A DNA stretch of 47,971 nucleotides, from IMG/VR virus record IMGVR_UViG_2623620505_000002; one strand, 5' to 3'. The position numbers were made by a program, and so were the translations under genes. A model generated the notes under the pieces. That model saw nothing but the letters and a program-made list of their open reading frames with translations. It searched no databases and was not told where the DNA came from. Position 1 is the stretch's first letter, and each line of letters begins with the position of its first letter. The DNA is from a virus. Its lineage: Duplodnaviria > Heunggongvirae > Uroviricota > Caudoviricetes. Shown here piece after piece: positions 26,957 to 37,747 of this stretch.

Positions 26957-28545
26957 AACTAACGCCTGTCCTGATTGATGTGAACGGCGTTCCGCTTCGT
27001 GAGAGTCTCAGCTACAACGGGGGCGGCGCAGGATTTGGCGGGCAAATGGCGGAGTGGTTGCCACCGGCGCAGAGTGCCGATGCGGCCCTGCTGCCCGCGT
27101 TGCGTCTGGGGAATGCCCGGGCAGATGATCTGGTGCGCAATAACGGAATAGCGGCTAATGCGGTGGCCCTGCATAAAGATCACATTGTCGGGCATATGTT
27201 TCTGATCAGCTACCGTCCGAACTGGCGCTGGCTGGGGATGCGGGAGACCGCAGCAAAAAGCTTTGTCGATGAGGTGGAGGCGGCCTGGTCGGAATACGCC
27301 GAAGGGATGTTTGGCGAGATCGACGTGGAAGGAAAACGCACGTTCACGGAATTTATCCGTGAAGGTGTGGGCGTTCATGCGTTTAACGGCGAAATCTTTG
27401 TGCAGCCGGTCTGGGATACGGAAAGCACGCAGTTATTCCGTACGCGTTTTAAAGCCGTGAGTCCGAAACGGGTGGACACGCCTGGACACGGTATGGGGAA
27501 CCGTTTTCTGCGGGCCGGTGTGGAGGTCGATCGATATGGCCGTGCCGTCGCGTACCACATCTGTGAGGATGATTTTCCGTTCTCTGGTAGTGGAGGATGG
27601 GAACGGATCCCGCGTGAACTTCCCACCGGGCGTCCGGCCATGCTGCATATTTTCGAGCCGGTGGAGGACGGGCAGACCCGTGGGGCTAATCAGTTTTACA
27701 GCGTCATGGAGCGGCTGAAGATGCTCGATTCCCTGCAGGTAACACAGCTTCAGTCGGCCATTGTGAAGGCCATGTATGCAGCCACAATCGAAAGTGAACT
27801 TGATACCGAAAAGGCCTTTGAATATATCGCCGGTGCGCCGCAGGGGCAGAAGGATAATCCGCTTATTAATATTCTGGAGAAGTTCTCCAGCTGGTATGAC
27901 ACGAATCACGTGACGCTGGGCGGTGTCAAAATTCCGCACCTTTTCCCTGGGGATGATCTGAAACTGCAGACCGCGCAGGATTCAGACAATGGATTTTCTG
28001 CGCTTGAACAGGCGCTGCTGCGGTATATCGCCGCCGGTCTTGGCGTTTCCTACGAACAGTTGTCCCGTGACTACTCGAAGGTCAGTTACTCAAGTGCCCG
28101 CACCTCTGCCAATGAGTCGTGGCGCTATTTTATGGGGCGGCGAAAATTTATTGCGGCCCGGCTGGCCACGCAGATGTTTTCCTGCTGGCTGGAAGAGGCA
28201 CTTCTTCGGGGGATTATTCGTCCGCCACGGGCACGTTTTGATTTTTATCAGGCGCGATCAGCCTGGTCACGGGCAGAGTGGATTGGTGCCGGAAGAATGG
28301 CCATTGACGGGCTCAAGGAAGTCCAGGAATCAGTGATGCGCATTGAGGCCGGACTGAGCACGTATGAGAAAGAGCTGGCGCTGATGGGCGAGGATTATCA
28401 GGACATTTTCCGCCAGCAGGTCAGGGAATCTGCTGAGCGGGAAAAAGCCGGACTCTCACGTCCGGTGTGGATAGCGCAGGCGTATCAGCAGCAGATAGCG
28501 GAGAGTCGCAGGCCGGAAGAGGAGACAACACCACGTGAGACGTAA
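26953..28545 (+). CDS. B: Portal protein B
   Basis: 530 aa; collinear with lambda gpB. Confidence 0.95.
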   Translation: MKLTPVLIDVNGVPLRESLSYNGGGAGFGGQMAEWLPPAQSADAALLPALRLGNARADDLVRNNGIAANAVALHKDHIVGHMFLISYRPNWRWLGMRETAAKSFVDEVEAAWSEYAEGMFGEIDVEGKRTFTEFIREGVGVHAFNGEIFVQPVWDTESTQLFRTRFKAVSPKRVDTPGHGMGNRFLRAGVEVDRYGRAVAYHICEDDFPFSGSGGWERIPRELPTGRPAMLHIFEPVEDGQTRGANQFYSVMERLKMLDSLQVTQLQSAIVKAMYAATIESELDTEKAFEYIAGAPQGQKDNPLINILEKFSSWYDTNHVTLGGVKIPHLFPGDDLKLQTAQDSDNGFSALEQALLRYIAAGLGVSYEQLSRDYSKVSYSSARTSANESWRYFMGRRKFIAARLATQMFSCWLEEALLRGIIRPPRARFDFYQARSAWSRAEWIGAGRMAIDGLKEVQESVMRIEAGLSTYEKELALMGEDYQDIFRQQVRESAEREKAGLSRPVWIAQAYQQQIAESRRPEEETTPRET

Positions 28546-30040
28546 TCTTTCACACATTATTGCCGCAGCATTCAATGAACCGCTGCTTCTGGAGCCCGCC
28601 TATGCGCGGGTTTTCTTTTGCGCGCTCGGGCGCGAGATGGGGGCAGCAAGTCTTTCGGTACCACAACAACAGGTACAGCTTGATGCTCCCGGAATGCTGG
28701 CTGAAACGGACGAGTATATGGCCGGAGGTAAACGACCGGCCCGTGTTTACCGGGTGGTGAACGGTATTGCTGTACTGCCGGTGACCGGCACGCTGGTGCA
28801 CCGGCTGGGTGGTATGCGGCCATTTTCCGGAATGACAGGCTATGACGGCATTGTCGCCTGTCTTCAGCAGGCAATGGCGGATAGCCAGGTGCGGGGCGTA
28901 CTGCTGGACATTGACAGTCCGGGCGGGCAGGCCGCCGGCGCGTTTGACTGCGCTGACATGATTTACCGCTTCCGTCAGCAGAAGCCGGTCTGGGCATTGT
29001 GCAATGACACGGCCTGTTCTGCAGCCATGCTGCTGGCGTCGGCCTGCTCCCGACGGCTGGTTACCCAGACATCCCGTATCGGCTCCATTGGCGTGATGAT
29101 GAGCCATGTCAGCTATGCCGGTCATCTGGCGCAGGCCGGTGTGGATATCACGCTGATTTACTCAGGGGCGCACAAGGTGGATGGCAATCAGTTTGAAGCG
29201 TTGCCGGCAGAGGTTCGCCAGGACATGCAGCAGCGGATTGATGCGGCGCGCCGGATGTTTGCCGAAAAAGTGGCGATGTATACCGGTCTGTCTGTTGATG
29301 CCGTCACGGGAACAGAGGCTGCCGTTTTTGAAGGTCAGTCCGGCATTGAGGCCGGGCTGGCGGATGAATTAATCAATGCGTCGGATGCCATCAGTGTGAT
29401 GGCCACGGCGCTGAACAGTAATGTCAGAGGAGGCACTATGCCGCAATTAACTGCAACGGAAGCCGCCGCGCAGGAGAACCAGCGAGTGATGGGGATCCTG
29501 ACATGCCAGGAAGCGAAAGGACGTGAACAGCTTGCCACGATGCTGGCAGGACAACAGGGTATGAGCGTTGAACAGGCCCGGGCGATTCTGGCCGCGGCGG
29601 CACCGCAGCAGCCGGTGGCATCCACGCAGAGTGAAGCCGATCGCATTATGGCGTGTGAAGAAGCGAACGGTCGTGAACAACTGGCGGCAACGCTGGCGGC
29701 GATGCCGGAGATGACGGTGGAAAAAGCCCGCCCGATCCTGGCTGCTTCACCGCAGGCGGATGCCGGACCATCACTCCGTGATCAGATCATGGCACTGGAT
29801 GAGGCAAAAGGGGCTGAGGTGCAGGCTGAACAGCTGGCTGCCTGCCCGGGAATGACTGTGGAGAGCGCCCGGGCTGTGCTGGCTGCGGGATCAGGTAAGG
29901 CAGAACCGGTCTCTGCATCCACAACCGCCATGTTTGAACATTTCATGGCGAACCATTCACCGGCAGCGGTACAGGGTGGCGTGCCACAGACGTCAGCAGA
30001 TGGTGATGCGGACGTGAAAATGCTCATGGCCATGCCATGA
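28535..30040 (+). CDS. C: Head maturation protease / scaffold C (S49 ClpP-like), with C-terminal tandem repeats
   Basis: 501 aa; N-terminal S49 protease-like region; three ~40-aa tandem repeats (EAKGREQLA..., EANGREQLA..., EAKGAEVQA...). Confidence 0.85.
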   Translation: MRRNLSHIIAAAFNEPLLLEPAYARVFFCALGREMGAASLSVPQQQVQLDAPGMLAETDEYMAGGKRPARVYRVVNGIAVLPVTGTLVHRLGGMRPFSGMTGYDGIVACLQQAMADSQVRGVLLDIDSPGGQAAGAFDCADMIYRFRQQKPVWALCNDTACSAAMLLASACSRRLVTQTSRIGSIGVMMSHVSYAGHLAQAGVDITLIYSGAHKVDGNQFEALPAEVRQDMQQRIDAARRMFAEKVAMYTGLSVDAVTGTEAAVFEGQSGIEAGLADELINASDAISVMATALNSNVRGGTMPQLTATEAAAQENQRVMGILTCQEAKGREQLATMLAGQQGMSVEQARAILAAAAPQQPVASTQSEADRIMACEEANGREQLAATLAAMPEMTVEKARPILAASPQADAGPSLRDQIMALDEAKGAEVQAEQLAACPGMTVESARAVLAAGSGKAEPVSASTTAMFEHFMANHSPAAVQGGVPQTSADGDADVKMLMAMP

Positions 30041-30076
30041 AGCCAGTGCTGACCATCAATAGGAGGTTTTTACAAT

Positions 30077-30424
30077 ATGGTGACGAAAACCATCACTGAA
30101 CAGCGTGCGGAAGTACGTATTTTTGCCGGTAATGATCCGGCTCATACCGCCACAGGCAGCAGCGGGATTTCCTCGCCAACACCGGCACTGACGCCCCTGA
30201 TGCTGGATGAAGCCACCGGGAAACTGGTGGTCTGGGACGGACAGAAAGCCGGTAGTGCGGTTGGCATACTGGTACTGCCGCTTGAAGGCACAGAGACGGC
30301 GCTGACGTATTACAAGTCGGGAACCTTTGCGACGGAGGCAATCCACTGGCCTGAAAGTGTGGATGAACACAAAAAGGCCAACGCCTTTGCCGGCAGTGCC
30401 CTGAGTCACGCGGCGCTGCCGTAA
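30077..30424 (+). CDS. D: Head decoration protein D
   Basis: 115 aa; similar to lambda gpD (NDPAHTAT ... LTYYKSGTF). Confidence 0.9.
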   Translation: MVTKTITEQRAEVRIFAGNDPAHTATGSSGISSPTPALTPLMLDEATGKLVVWDGQKAGSAVGILVLPLEGTETALTYYKSGTFATEAIHWPESVDEHKKANAFAGSALSHAALP

Positions 30425-30481
30425 CACGTTATCAGGCCACCGCGGTGGCCTGACTGATTTCTGAATGAAAGGAACTGATTT

Positions 30482-31510
30482 ATGGGATTGTTTACGACCC
30501 GCCAGTTACTCGGTTATACCGAACAAAAAGTTAAATTTCGTGCGCTGTTTCTGGAGCTGTTTTTCCGCCGTACGGTGAATTTCCATACCGAAGAGGTGAT
30601 GCTGGACAAAATTACCGGAAAAACGCCGGTGGCGGCCTATGTCTCCCCGGTTGTTGAAGGAAAAGTGCTGCGTCATCGTGGTGGTGAAACCCGCGTGTTG
30701 CGTCCGGGCTACGTCAAGCCGAAACACGAATTTAATTACCAGCAGGCGGTTGAGCGCCTTCCTGGTGAAGATCCATCTCAACTGAATGATCCGGCTTACC
30801 GCCGTCTGCGTATCATTACCGATAACCTCAAACAGGAAGAGCACGCGATTGTCCAGGTGGAAGAAATGCAGGCGGTAAATGCTGTGTTGTATGGCAAATA
30901 CACCATGGAAGGAGACCAGTTCGAGAAAATTGAGGTCGATTTTGGCAGGTCGACGAAGAATAACATCACTCAGGGTAGTGGTAAGGAGTGGTCAAAACAG
31001 GATCGTGACACGTTCGATCCTACACATGATATTGACCTCTACTGCGACCAGGCCAGCGGTCTTGTGAATATTGCCATTATGGACGGTACCGTCTGGCGTC
31101 TTCTGAATGGTTTTAAGCTGTTCCGCGAAAAACTGGATACCCGTCGCGGTTCAAATTCTCAACTCGAAACGGCAGTGAAAGATCTGGGCGCAGTGGTGTC
31201 CTTCAAGGGGTATTACGGCGATCTGGCCATTGTGGTGGCGAAAACGTCTTATATAGCAGAAGACGGTATCGAAAAACGTTATCTTCCAGATGGCATGCTG
31301 GTTCTGGGGAATACTGCTGCAGATGGGATCCGTTGTTACGGTGCCATTCAGGATGCTCAGGCGTTGTCCGAAGGTGTGGTGGCCTCTTCCCGTTATCCGA
31401 AACACTGGCTGACGGTAGGGGATCCCGCCCGTGAATTTACCATGACGCAGTCCGCGCCGCTGATGGTGTTGCCGGACCCGGATGAGTTTGTGGTGGTACA
31501 GGTGAAATAA
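30482..31510 (+). CDS. E: Major capsid protein E
   Basis: 342 aa; collinear with lambda gpE. Confidence 0.95.
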   Translation: MGLFTTRQLLGYTEQKVKFRALFLELFFRRTVNFHTEEVMLDKITGKTPVAAYVSPVVEGKVLRHRGGETRVLRPGYVKPKHEFNYQQAVERLPGEDPSQLNDPAYRRLRIITDNLKQEEHAIVQVEEMQAVNAVLYGKYTMEGDQFEKIEVDFGRSTKNNITQGSGKEWSKQDRDTFDPTHDIDLYCDQASGLVNIAIMDGTVWRLLNGFKLFREKLDTRRGSNSQLETAVKDLGAVVSFKGYYGDLAIVVAKTSYIAEDGIEKRYLPDGMLVLGNTAADGIRCYGAIQDAQALSEGVVASSRYPKHWLTVGDPAREFTMTQSAPLMVLPDPDEFVVVQVK

Positions 31511-31561
31511 TCCGTGAGCGGGGGCGAAATGCCCCCGTGTCTTTTTTCACAGGGGGCTGAT

Positions 31562-31936
31562 ATGGCAACGAAAGAGCAAAATCTGAAACGGCTTGATGAA
31601 CTGGCCCTGATTCTGGGGCGTGAGCCGGATATATCCGGGAGTGCCGCAGAGATAGCGCAGCGGGTGGCAGAATGGGAAGAGGAAATGCAGTCATCCGGCG
31701 ATGATGTACAGGTTATGAATATGGATATCCGGGAGCGGGAAACCGCGGCTCATGATGTTCGTGAGGAAACATCCGGCGCGTTAACGCGCATCAGAGTTCT
31801 GACCTGCCTCCATCTCTGTGGCGTTGATGGTGAAACGGGGGAATCCGTTGAGCTTGCGGATGTTGGTCGGGTGATTCTGATTATGTCCTCAGATGCAAAA
31901 ACACACGTTGATGGTGGAATGGCTGTTTATGCGTGA
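31562..31936 (+). CDS. FI: DNA-packaging protein FI
   Basis: Internal ATG at 31562; position between E and FII. Confidence 0.6.
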   Translation: MATKEQNLKRLDELALILGREPDISGSAAEIAQRVAEWEEEMQSSGDDVQVMNMDIRERETAAHDVREETSGALTRIRVLTCLHLCGVDGETGESVELADVGRVILIMSSDAKTHVDGGMAVYA

Positions 31937-32282
31937 TTTTCAGAATGCCTTTGATGCCGCCCTTGCCGGGGTGGACAGTACGATTGTTGAAGTGATGGGC
32001 ATCAGTGCGCAGTTCACCTCCGGTGCACAGCGTGGCGGCGAGGTTCATGGCGTTTTTGACGATCCGGAGTCGCTGGGTTTTGCCAGTGGTGGGATCCGTA
32101 TTGAAGGAAGTAACCCGTCATTATTTGTGCTTACGGATACGGTTTGTGCTGTACGGCGTGGTGACACGCTGACCATTAACGGCGAGATGTTCTGGGTGGA
32201 CCGTGTTTCTCCGGATGACGGAGGGAGTTGTTATCTCTGGCTCAACCGGGGGCAACCACCTGCCGCCAGCCGTCGTCGCTGA
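31929..32282 (+). CDS. FII: Head-tail joining protein FII
   Basis: 117 aa from the ATG at 31929; similar to lambda gpFII. Confidence 0.85.
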   Translation: MRDFQNAFDAALAGVDSTIVEVMGISAQFTSGAQRGGEVHGVFDDPESLGFASGGIRIEGSNPSLFVLTDTVCAVRRGDTLTINGEMFWVDRVSPDDGGSCYLWLNRGQPPAASRRR

Positions 32283-32294
32283 AAAGGGGGATGT

Positions 32295-32873
32295 ATGGCC
32301 ATACAGGGTCTTGAGCAGGCCGTTGAAAACCTCAGCCGTATCAGCAAAACGGCGGTGCCTGGTGCCGCCGCAATGGCCATTAACCGCGTTGCTTCATCCG
32401 CGATATCGCAGTCGGCGTCACAGGTTGCCCGTGAGACAAAGGTACGCCGGAAACTGGTAAAGGAAAGGGCCAGGCTGAAAAGGGCCACGGTCAAAAATCC
32501 GCAGGCCAGAATCAAAGTTAACCGGGGGGATTTGCCCGTAATCAAGCTGGGTAATGCGCGGGTTGTCCTTTCGCGCCACAGGCGTCGTAAAAAGGGACAG
32601 CGTTCATCCCTGAAAGGTGGCGGCAGCGTGCTTGTGGTGGGTAACCGTCGTATTCCCGGCGCGTTTATTCAGCAACTGAAAAATGGCCGGTGGCATGTCA
32701 TGCAGCGTGTGGCCGGGAAAAACCGTTACCCCATTGATGTGGTGAAAATCCCGATGGCGGTGCCGCTGACCACGGCGTTTAAACAAAATATTGAGCGGAT
32801 ACGGCGTGAACGTCTTCCGAAAGAGCTGGGCTATGCGCTGCAGCATCAACTGAGGATGGTAATAAAGCGATGA
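32295..32873 (+). CDS. Z: Tail completion protein Z
   Basis: 192 aa; essentially identical by eye to lambda gpZ. Confidence 0.95.
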   Translation: MAIQGLEQAVENLSRISKTAVPGAAAMAINRVASSAISQSASQVARETKVRRKLVKERARLKRATVKNPQARIKVNRGDLPVIKLGNARVVLSRHRRRKKGQRSSLKGGGSVLVVGNRRIPGAFIQQLKNGRWHVMQRVAGKNRYPIDVVKIPMAVPLTTAFKQNIERIRRERLPKELGYALQHQLRMVIKR

Positions 32874-33265
32874 AACATACTGAACTCCGTGCAGCCGTAC
32901 TGGATGCACTGGAGAAGCATGACACCGGGGCGACGTTTTTTGATGGTCGCCCCGCTGTTTTTGATGAGGCGGATTTTCCGGCAGTTGCCGTTTATCTCAC
33001 CGGCGCTGAATACACGGGCGAAGAGCTGGACAGCGATACCTGGCAGGCGGAGCTGCATATCGAAGTTTTCCTGCCTGCTCAGGTGCCGGATTCAGAGCTG
33101 GATGCGTGGATGGAGTCCCGGATTTATCCGGTGATGAGCGATATCCCGGTACTGTCAGATTTGATCACCAGTATGGTGGCCAGCGGCTATGACTACCGGC
33201 GCGACGATGATGCGGGCCTGTGGAGTTCAGCCGATCTGACTTATGTCATTACCTATGAAATGTGA
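32870..33265 (+). CDS. U: Tail terminator protein U
   Basis: 131 aa; essentially identical by eye to lambda gpU. Confidence 0.95.
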   Translation: MKHTELRAAVLDALEKHDTGATFFDGRPAVFDEADFPAVAVYLTGAEYTGEELDSDTWQAELHIEVFLPAQVPDSELDAWMESRIYPVMSDIPVLSDLITSMVASGYDYRRDDDAGLWSSADLTYVITYEM

Positions 33266-33272
33266 GGACGCT

Positions 33273-34013
33273 ATGCCTGTACCAAATCCTACAATGCCGG
33301 TGAAAGGTGCCGGGACCACCCTGTGGGTTTATAAGGGGAGCGGTGACCCTTATGCGAATCCGCTTTCAGACGTTGACTGGTCGCGTCTGGCAAAAGTTAA
33401 AGACCTGACGCCCGGCGAACTGACCGCTGAGTCCTATGACGACAGCTATCTCGATGATGAAGATGCAGACTGGACTGCGACCGGGCAGGGGCAGAAATCT
33501 GCCGGAGATACCAGCTTCACGCTGGCGTGGATGCCCGGAGAGCAGGGGCAGCAGGCGCTGCTGGCGTGGTTTAATGAAGGTGATACCCGTGCCTATAAAA
33601 TCCGCTTCCCGAACGGCACGGTCGATGTGTTCCGTGGCTGGGTCAGCAGTATCGGTAAGGCGGTGACGGCGAAGGAAGTGATCACCCGTACGGTGAAGGT
33701 CACCAATGTGGGCCGTCCGTCAATGGCAGAAGATCGCAGCACGGTAACAGCGGCAACCGGTATGACCGTGACGCCTGCCAGCTCCTCGGTGGTGAAAGGG
33801 CAGAGCACCACGCTGACCGTGGCATTCCAGCCGGAGGGCGCAACTGACAAGAGCTTCCGTGCGGTGTCAGCGGATAAAACAAAAGCCACCGTGTCGGTCA
33901 GTGGTATGACCATCACCGTGAAAGGCGTTGCTGCAGGCAAGGTCAACATTCCGGTCGTATCCGGTAATGGTGAACTTGCTGCGGTTGCAGAAATCACTGT
34001 CACCGACAGTTAA
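33273..34013 (+). CDS. V: Major tail protein V
   Basis: ATG at 33273 with GAGGA RBS; matches lambda gpV. Confidence 0.95.
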   Translation: MPVPNPTMPVKGAGTTLWVYKGSGDPYANPLSDVDWSRLAKVKDLTPGELTAESYDDSYLDDEDADWTATGQGQKSAGDTSFTLAWMPGEQGQQALLAWFNEGDTRAYKIRFPNGTVDVFRGWVSSIGKAVTAKEVITRTVKVTNVGRPSMAEDRSTVTAATGMTVTPASSSVVKGQSTTLTVAFQPEGATDKSFRAVSADKTKATVSVSGMTITVKGVAAGKVNIPVVSGNGELAAVAEITVTDS

Positions 34014-34028
34014 TCCGGAGAGTCAGCG

Positions 34029-34451
34029 ATGTTCCTGAAAACCGAATCATTTGAACATAACGGCGTGACCGTCACGCTTTCTGAACTTTCAGCCCTGCAG
34101 CGTATTGAGCATCTCGCCCTGATGAAACGGCAGGCAGAACAGGCGGAGTCAGACAGCAACCGGAAGTTTACAGTGGAAGACGCCATCAGAACCGGTGCTT
34201 TTGTGGTGGCGATGTCCCTGTGGCATAACCATCCGCAGAAGACAAAGCAGCCTTCCATGAATGAAGCCGTTAAACAGATTGAGCAGGAAGTGCTTACCAC
34301 CTGGCCCACAGAGGCAATTTCTCATGCTGAAAACGTGGTGTACCGGCTGTCCGGTATGTATGAGTTTGTGGTGAATGATGCCCCTGAACAGGCAGAGGAC
34401 GCCGGGCCTGCAGAGCCTGTTTCTGCGGGAAAGTGTTCGACGGTGAGCTGA
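34029..34451 (+). CDS. G: Tail assembly chaperone G
   Basis: 140 aa; matches lambda gpG. Confidence 0.9.
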   Translation: MFLKTESFEHNGVTVTLSELSALQRIEHLALMKRQAEQAESDSNRKFTVEDAIRTGAFVVAMSLWHNHPQKTKQPSMNEAVKQIEQEVLTTWPTEAISHAENVVYRLSGMYEFVVNDAPEQAEDAGPAEPVSAGKCSTVS

Positions 34452-34867
34452 GTTTTGCCCTGAAACTGGCGCGCGAGATGGGGCGACCCGACTGGCGTGC
34501 CATGCTTGCCGGGATGTCATCCACGGAGTATGCCGACTGGCACCGCTTTTACAGTACCCATTATTTTCATGATGTTCTGCTGGATATGCACTTTTCCGGG
34601 CTGACGTACACCGTGCTCAGCCTGTTTTTCAGCGATCCGGATATGCATCCGCTGGATTTCAGTCTGCTGAACCGGCGTGAGGCTGACGAAGAGCCTGAAG
34701 ATGATGTGCTGATGCAGAAAGCGGCAGGGCTTGCCGGAGGCGTCCGCTTTGGCCCGGACGGGAATGAAGTTATCCCCGCTTCCCCGGATGTGGCGGACAT
34801 GACGGAGGATGACGTAATGCTGATGACAGTATCAGAAGGGATCGCAGGAGGAGTCCGGTATGGCTGA
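34029..34867 (+). CDS. T: Tail assembly chaperone G-T fusion made by -1 programmed frameshift at GGGAAAG (34427-34433)
   Basis: Slippery heptamer GGGAAAG near the G 3' end; the -1 frame (track ORF 34433..34867) encodes a gpT-like sequence. Confidence 0.8.
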
Positions 34868-37421
34868 ACCGGTAGGCGATCTGGTCGTTGATTTAAGTCT
34901 GGATGCGGCCAGATTTGACGAGCAGATGGCCAGAGTCAGGCGTCATTTTTCCGGTACGGAAAGTGATGCGAAAAAAACAGCGGCAGTCGTTGAACAGTCG
35001 CTGAGCCGACAGGCGCTGGCTGCACAGAAAGCGGGGATTTCCGTCGGGCAGTATAAAGCCGCCATGCGTATGCTGCCTGCACAGTTCACCGACGTGGCCA
35101 CGCAGCTTGCAGGCGGGCAAAGTCCGTGGCTGATCCTGCTGCAACAGGGGGGGCAGGTGAAGGACTCCTTCGGCGGGATGATCCCCATGTTCAGGGGGCT
35201 TGCCGGTGCGATCACCCTGCCGATGGTGGGGGCCACCTCGCTGGCGGTGGCGACCGGTGCGCTGGCGTATGCCTGGTATCAGGGCAACTCAACCCTGTCC
35301 GATTTCAACAAAACGCTGGTCCTTTCCGGCAATCAGTCGGGTCTGACGGCAGATCGCATGCTGGTCCTGTCCAGAGCCGGGCAGGCGGCAGGGCTGACGT
35401 TTAACCAGACCAGCGAGTCACTCAGCGCACTGGTTAAGGCGGGAGTAAGCGGTGAGGCTCAGATTGCATCCATCAGCCAGAGTGTGGCGCGTTTCTCTTC
35501 TGCATCCGGCGTGGAGGTGGACAAGGTCGCTGAAGCCTTCGGGAAGCTGACCACAGACCCGACGTCGGGGCTGACGGCGATGGCACGCCAGTTCCATAAC
35601 GTGACGGCGGAACAGATTGCGTATGTTGCTCAGTTGCAGCGTTCCGGCGATGAAGCCGGGGCATTGCAGGCGGCGAACGAGGCCGCAACGAAAGGGTTTG
35701 ATGACCAGACCCGCCGCCTGAAAGAGAACATGGACACGCTGGAGACCTGGGCAGACAGGACAGCACGGGCATTCAAATCCATGTGGGATGCGGTGCTGGA
35801 TATTGGTCGTCCTGATACCGCGCAGGAGATGCTGATTAAGGCAGAGGCTGCGTTTAAGAAAGCAGACGACATCTGGAATCTGCGCAAGGATGATTATTTT
35901 GTTAACGATGAAGCGCGGGCGCGTTACTGGGATGATCGTGAAAAGGCCCGTCTTGCGCTTGAAGCCGCCCGAAAGAAGGCTGAGCAGCAGAGTCAACAGG
36001 ACAAAAATGCGCAGCAGCAGAGCGATACCGAAGCGTCACGGCTGAAATATACCGAAGAGGCGCAGAAGGCTTACGAACGCCTGCAGACACCGCTGGAGAA
36101 ATATACCGCCCGTCAGGAGGAACTGAATAAGGCACTGAAAGACGGAAAAATCCTGCAGGCAGATTACAACACGCTGATGGCGGCGGCGAAAAAGGATTAT
36201 GAAGCGACGCTGAAAAAGCCGAAACAGTCCGGCGTGAAGGTGTCTGCGGGCGATCGTCAGGAAGACAGTGCTCATGCTGCCCTGCTGACGCTTCAGGCTG
36301 AACTCCGGACGCTGGAGAAGCATGCCGGAGCAAATGAGAAAATCAGCCAGCAGCGCCGGGATTTGTGGAAGGCGGAGAGTCAGTTCGCGGTACTGGAGGA
36401 GGCGGCGCAACGTCGCCAGCTGTCTGCACAGGAGAAATCCCTGCTGGCGCATAAAGATGAGACGCTGGAGTACAAACGCCAGCTGGCTGCACTTGGCGAC
36501 AAGGTTACGTATCAGGAGCGCCTGAACGCGCTGGCGCAGCAGGCGGATAAATTCGCACAGCAGCAACGGGCAAAACGGGCCGCCATTGATGCGAAAAGCC
36601 GGGGACTGACTGACCGGCAGGCAGAACGGGAAGCCACGGAACAGCGCCTGAAGGAACAGTATGGCGATAATCCGCTGGCGCTGAATAACGTCATGTCAGA
36701 GCAGAAAAAGACCTGGGCGGCTGAAGACCAGCTTCGCGGGAGCTGGATGGCAGGCCTGAAGTCCGGCTGGAGTGAGTGGGAAGAGAGCGCCACGGACAGT
36801 ATGTCGCAGGTAAAAAGTGCAGCCACGCAGACCTTTGATGGTATTGCACAGAATATGGCGGCGATGCTGACCGGCAGTGAGCAGAACTGGCGCAGCTTCA
36901 CCCGTTCCGTGCTGTCCATGATGACAGAAATTCTGCTTAAGCAGGCAATGGTGGGGATTGTCGGGAGTATCGGCAGCGCCATTGGCGGGGCTGTTGGTGG
37001 CGGCGCATCCGCGTCAGGCGGTACAGCCATTCAGGCCGCTGCGGCGAAATTCCATTTTGCAACCGGAGGATTTACGGGAACCGGCGGCAAATATGAGCCA
37101 GCGGGGATTGTTCACCGTGGTGAATTTGTCTTCACGAAGGAGGCAACCAGCCGGATTGGCGTGGGAAATCTCTACCGGCTGATGCGCGGCTATGCCACCG
37201 GCGGTTATGTCGGTACACCGGGCAGCATGGCGGACAGCCGCTCGCAGGCGTCCGGGACGTTTGAGCAGAATAACCATGTGGTGATTAACAACGACGGCAC
37301 GAACGGTCAGATAGGGCCACAGGCGCTGAAGGCGGTTTATGACGTAGCCCGTAAGGCGGCAATGGATGTTGTGACCGGGCAGATGCGCGATGGTGGTCTG
37401 TTCTCCGGAGGTGGACGATGA
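34860..37421 (+). CDS. H: Tail tape-measure protein H
   Basis: 853 aa, same length as lambda gpH; coiled-coil and Gly-rich C-terminal region. Confidence 0.95.
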   Translation: MAEPVGDLVVDLSLDAARFDEQMARVRRHFSGTESDAKKTAAVVEQSLSRQALAAQKAGISVGQYKAAMRMLPAQFTDVATQLAGGQSPWLILLQQGGQVKDSFGGMIPMFRGLAGAITLPMVGATSLAVATGALAYAWYQGNSTLSDFNKTLVLSGNQSGLTADRMLVLSRAGQAAGLTFNQTSESLSALVKAGVSGEAQIASISQSVARFSSASGVEVDKVAEAFGKLTTDPTSGLTAMARQFHNVTAEQIAYVAQLQRSGDEAGALQAANEAATKGFDDQTRRLKENMDTLETWADRTARAFKSMWDAVLDIGRPDTAQEMLIKAEAAFKKADDIWNLRKDDYFVNDEARARYWDDREKARLALEAARKKAEQQSQQDKNAQQQSDTEASRLKYTEEAQKAYERLQTPLEKYTARQEELNKALKDGKILQADYNTLMAAAKKDYEATLKKPKQSGVKVSAGDRQEDSAHAALLTLQAELRTLEKHAGANEKISQQRRDLWKAESQFAVLEEAAQRRQLSAQEKSLLAHKDETLEYKRQLAALGDKVTYQERLNALAQQADKFAQQQRAKRAAIDAKSRGLTDRQAEREATEQRLKEQYGDNPLALNNVMSEQKKTWAAEDQLRGSWMAGLKSGWSEWEESATDSMSQVKSAATQTFDGIAQNMAAMLTGSEQNWRSFTRSVLSMMTEILLKQAMVGIVGSIGSAIGGAVGGGASASGGTAIQAAAAKFHFATGGFTGTGGKYEPAGIVHRGEFVFTKEATSRIGVGNLYRLMRGYATGGYVGTPGSMADSRSQASGTFEQNNHVVINNDGTNGQIGPQALKAVYDVARKAAMDVVTGQMRDGGLFSGGGR

Positions 37422-37747
37422 AAACCTTCCGCTGGAAAGTGAAACCCGGTATGGATGTGGCTTCGGCCCCTTCCGTAAGAAAGGTGCGCTTTGGTGATGG
37501 CTATTCCCAGCGAGCGCCTGCCGGGCTGAATGCCGACCTGAAAACGTACAGCGTGACGCTTTCTGTTCCCCGTTGGGAGGCCACGGCGCTTGAGTCGTTT
37601 CTGGCTGAGCACGGGGGCTGGAAATCCTTTCTGTGGACGCCGCCTTATGAGTGGCGGCAGATAAAGGTGACCTGCGCAAAATGGTCGTCGCGGGTCAGTA
37701 TGCTGCGTGTTGAGTTCAGCGCAGAGTTTGAACAGGTGGTGAACTGA
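37418..37747 (+). CDS. M: Minor tail protein M
   Basis: 109 aa, lambda gpM position and size. Confidence 0.9.
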   Translation: MKTFRWKVKPGMDVASAPSVRKVRFGDGYSQRAPAGLNADLKTYSVTLSVPRWEATALESFLAEHGGWKSFLWTPPYEWRQIKVTCAKWSSRVSMLRVEFSAEFEQVVN

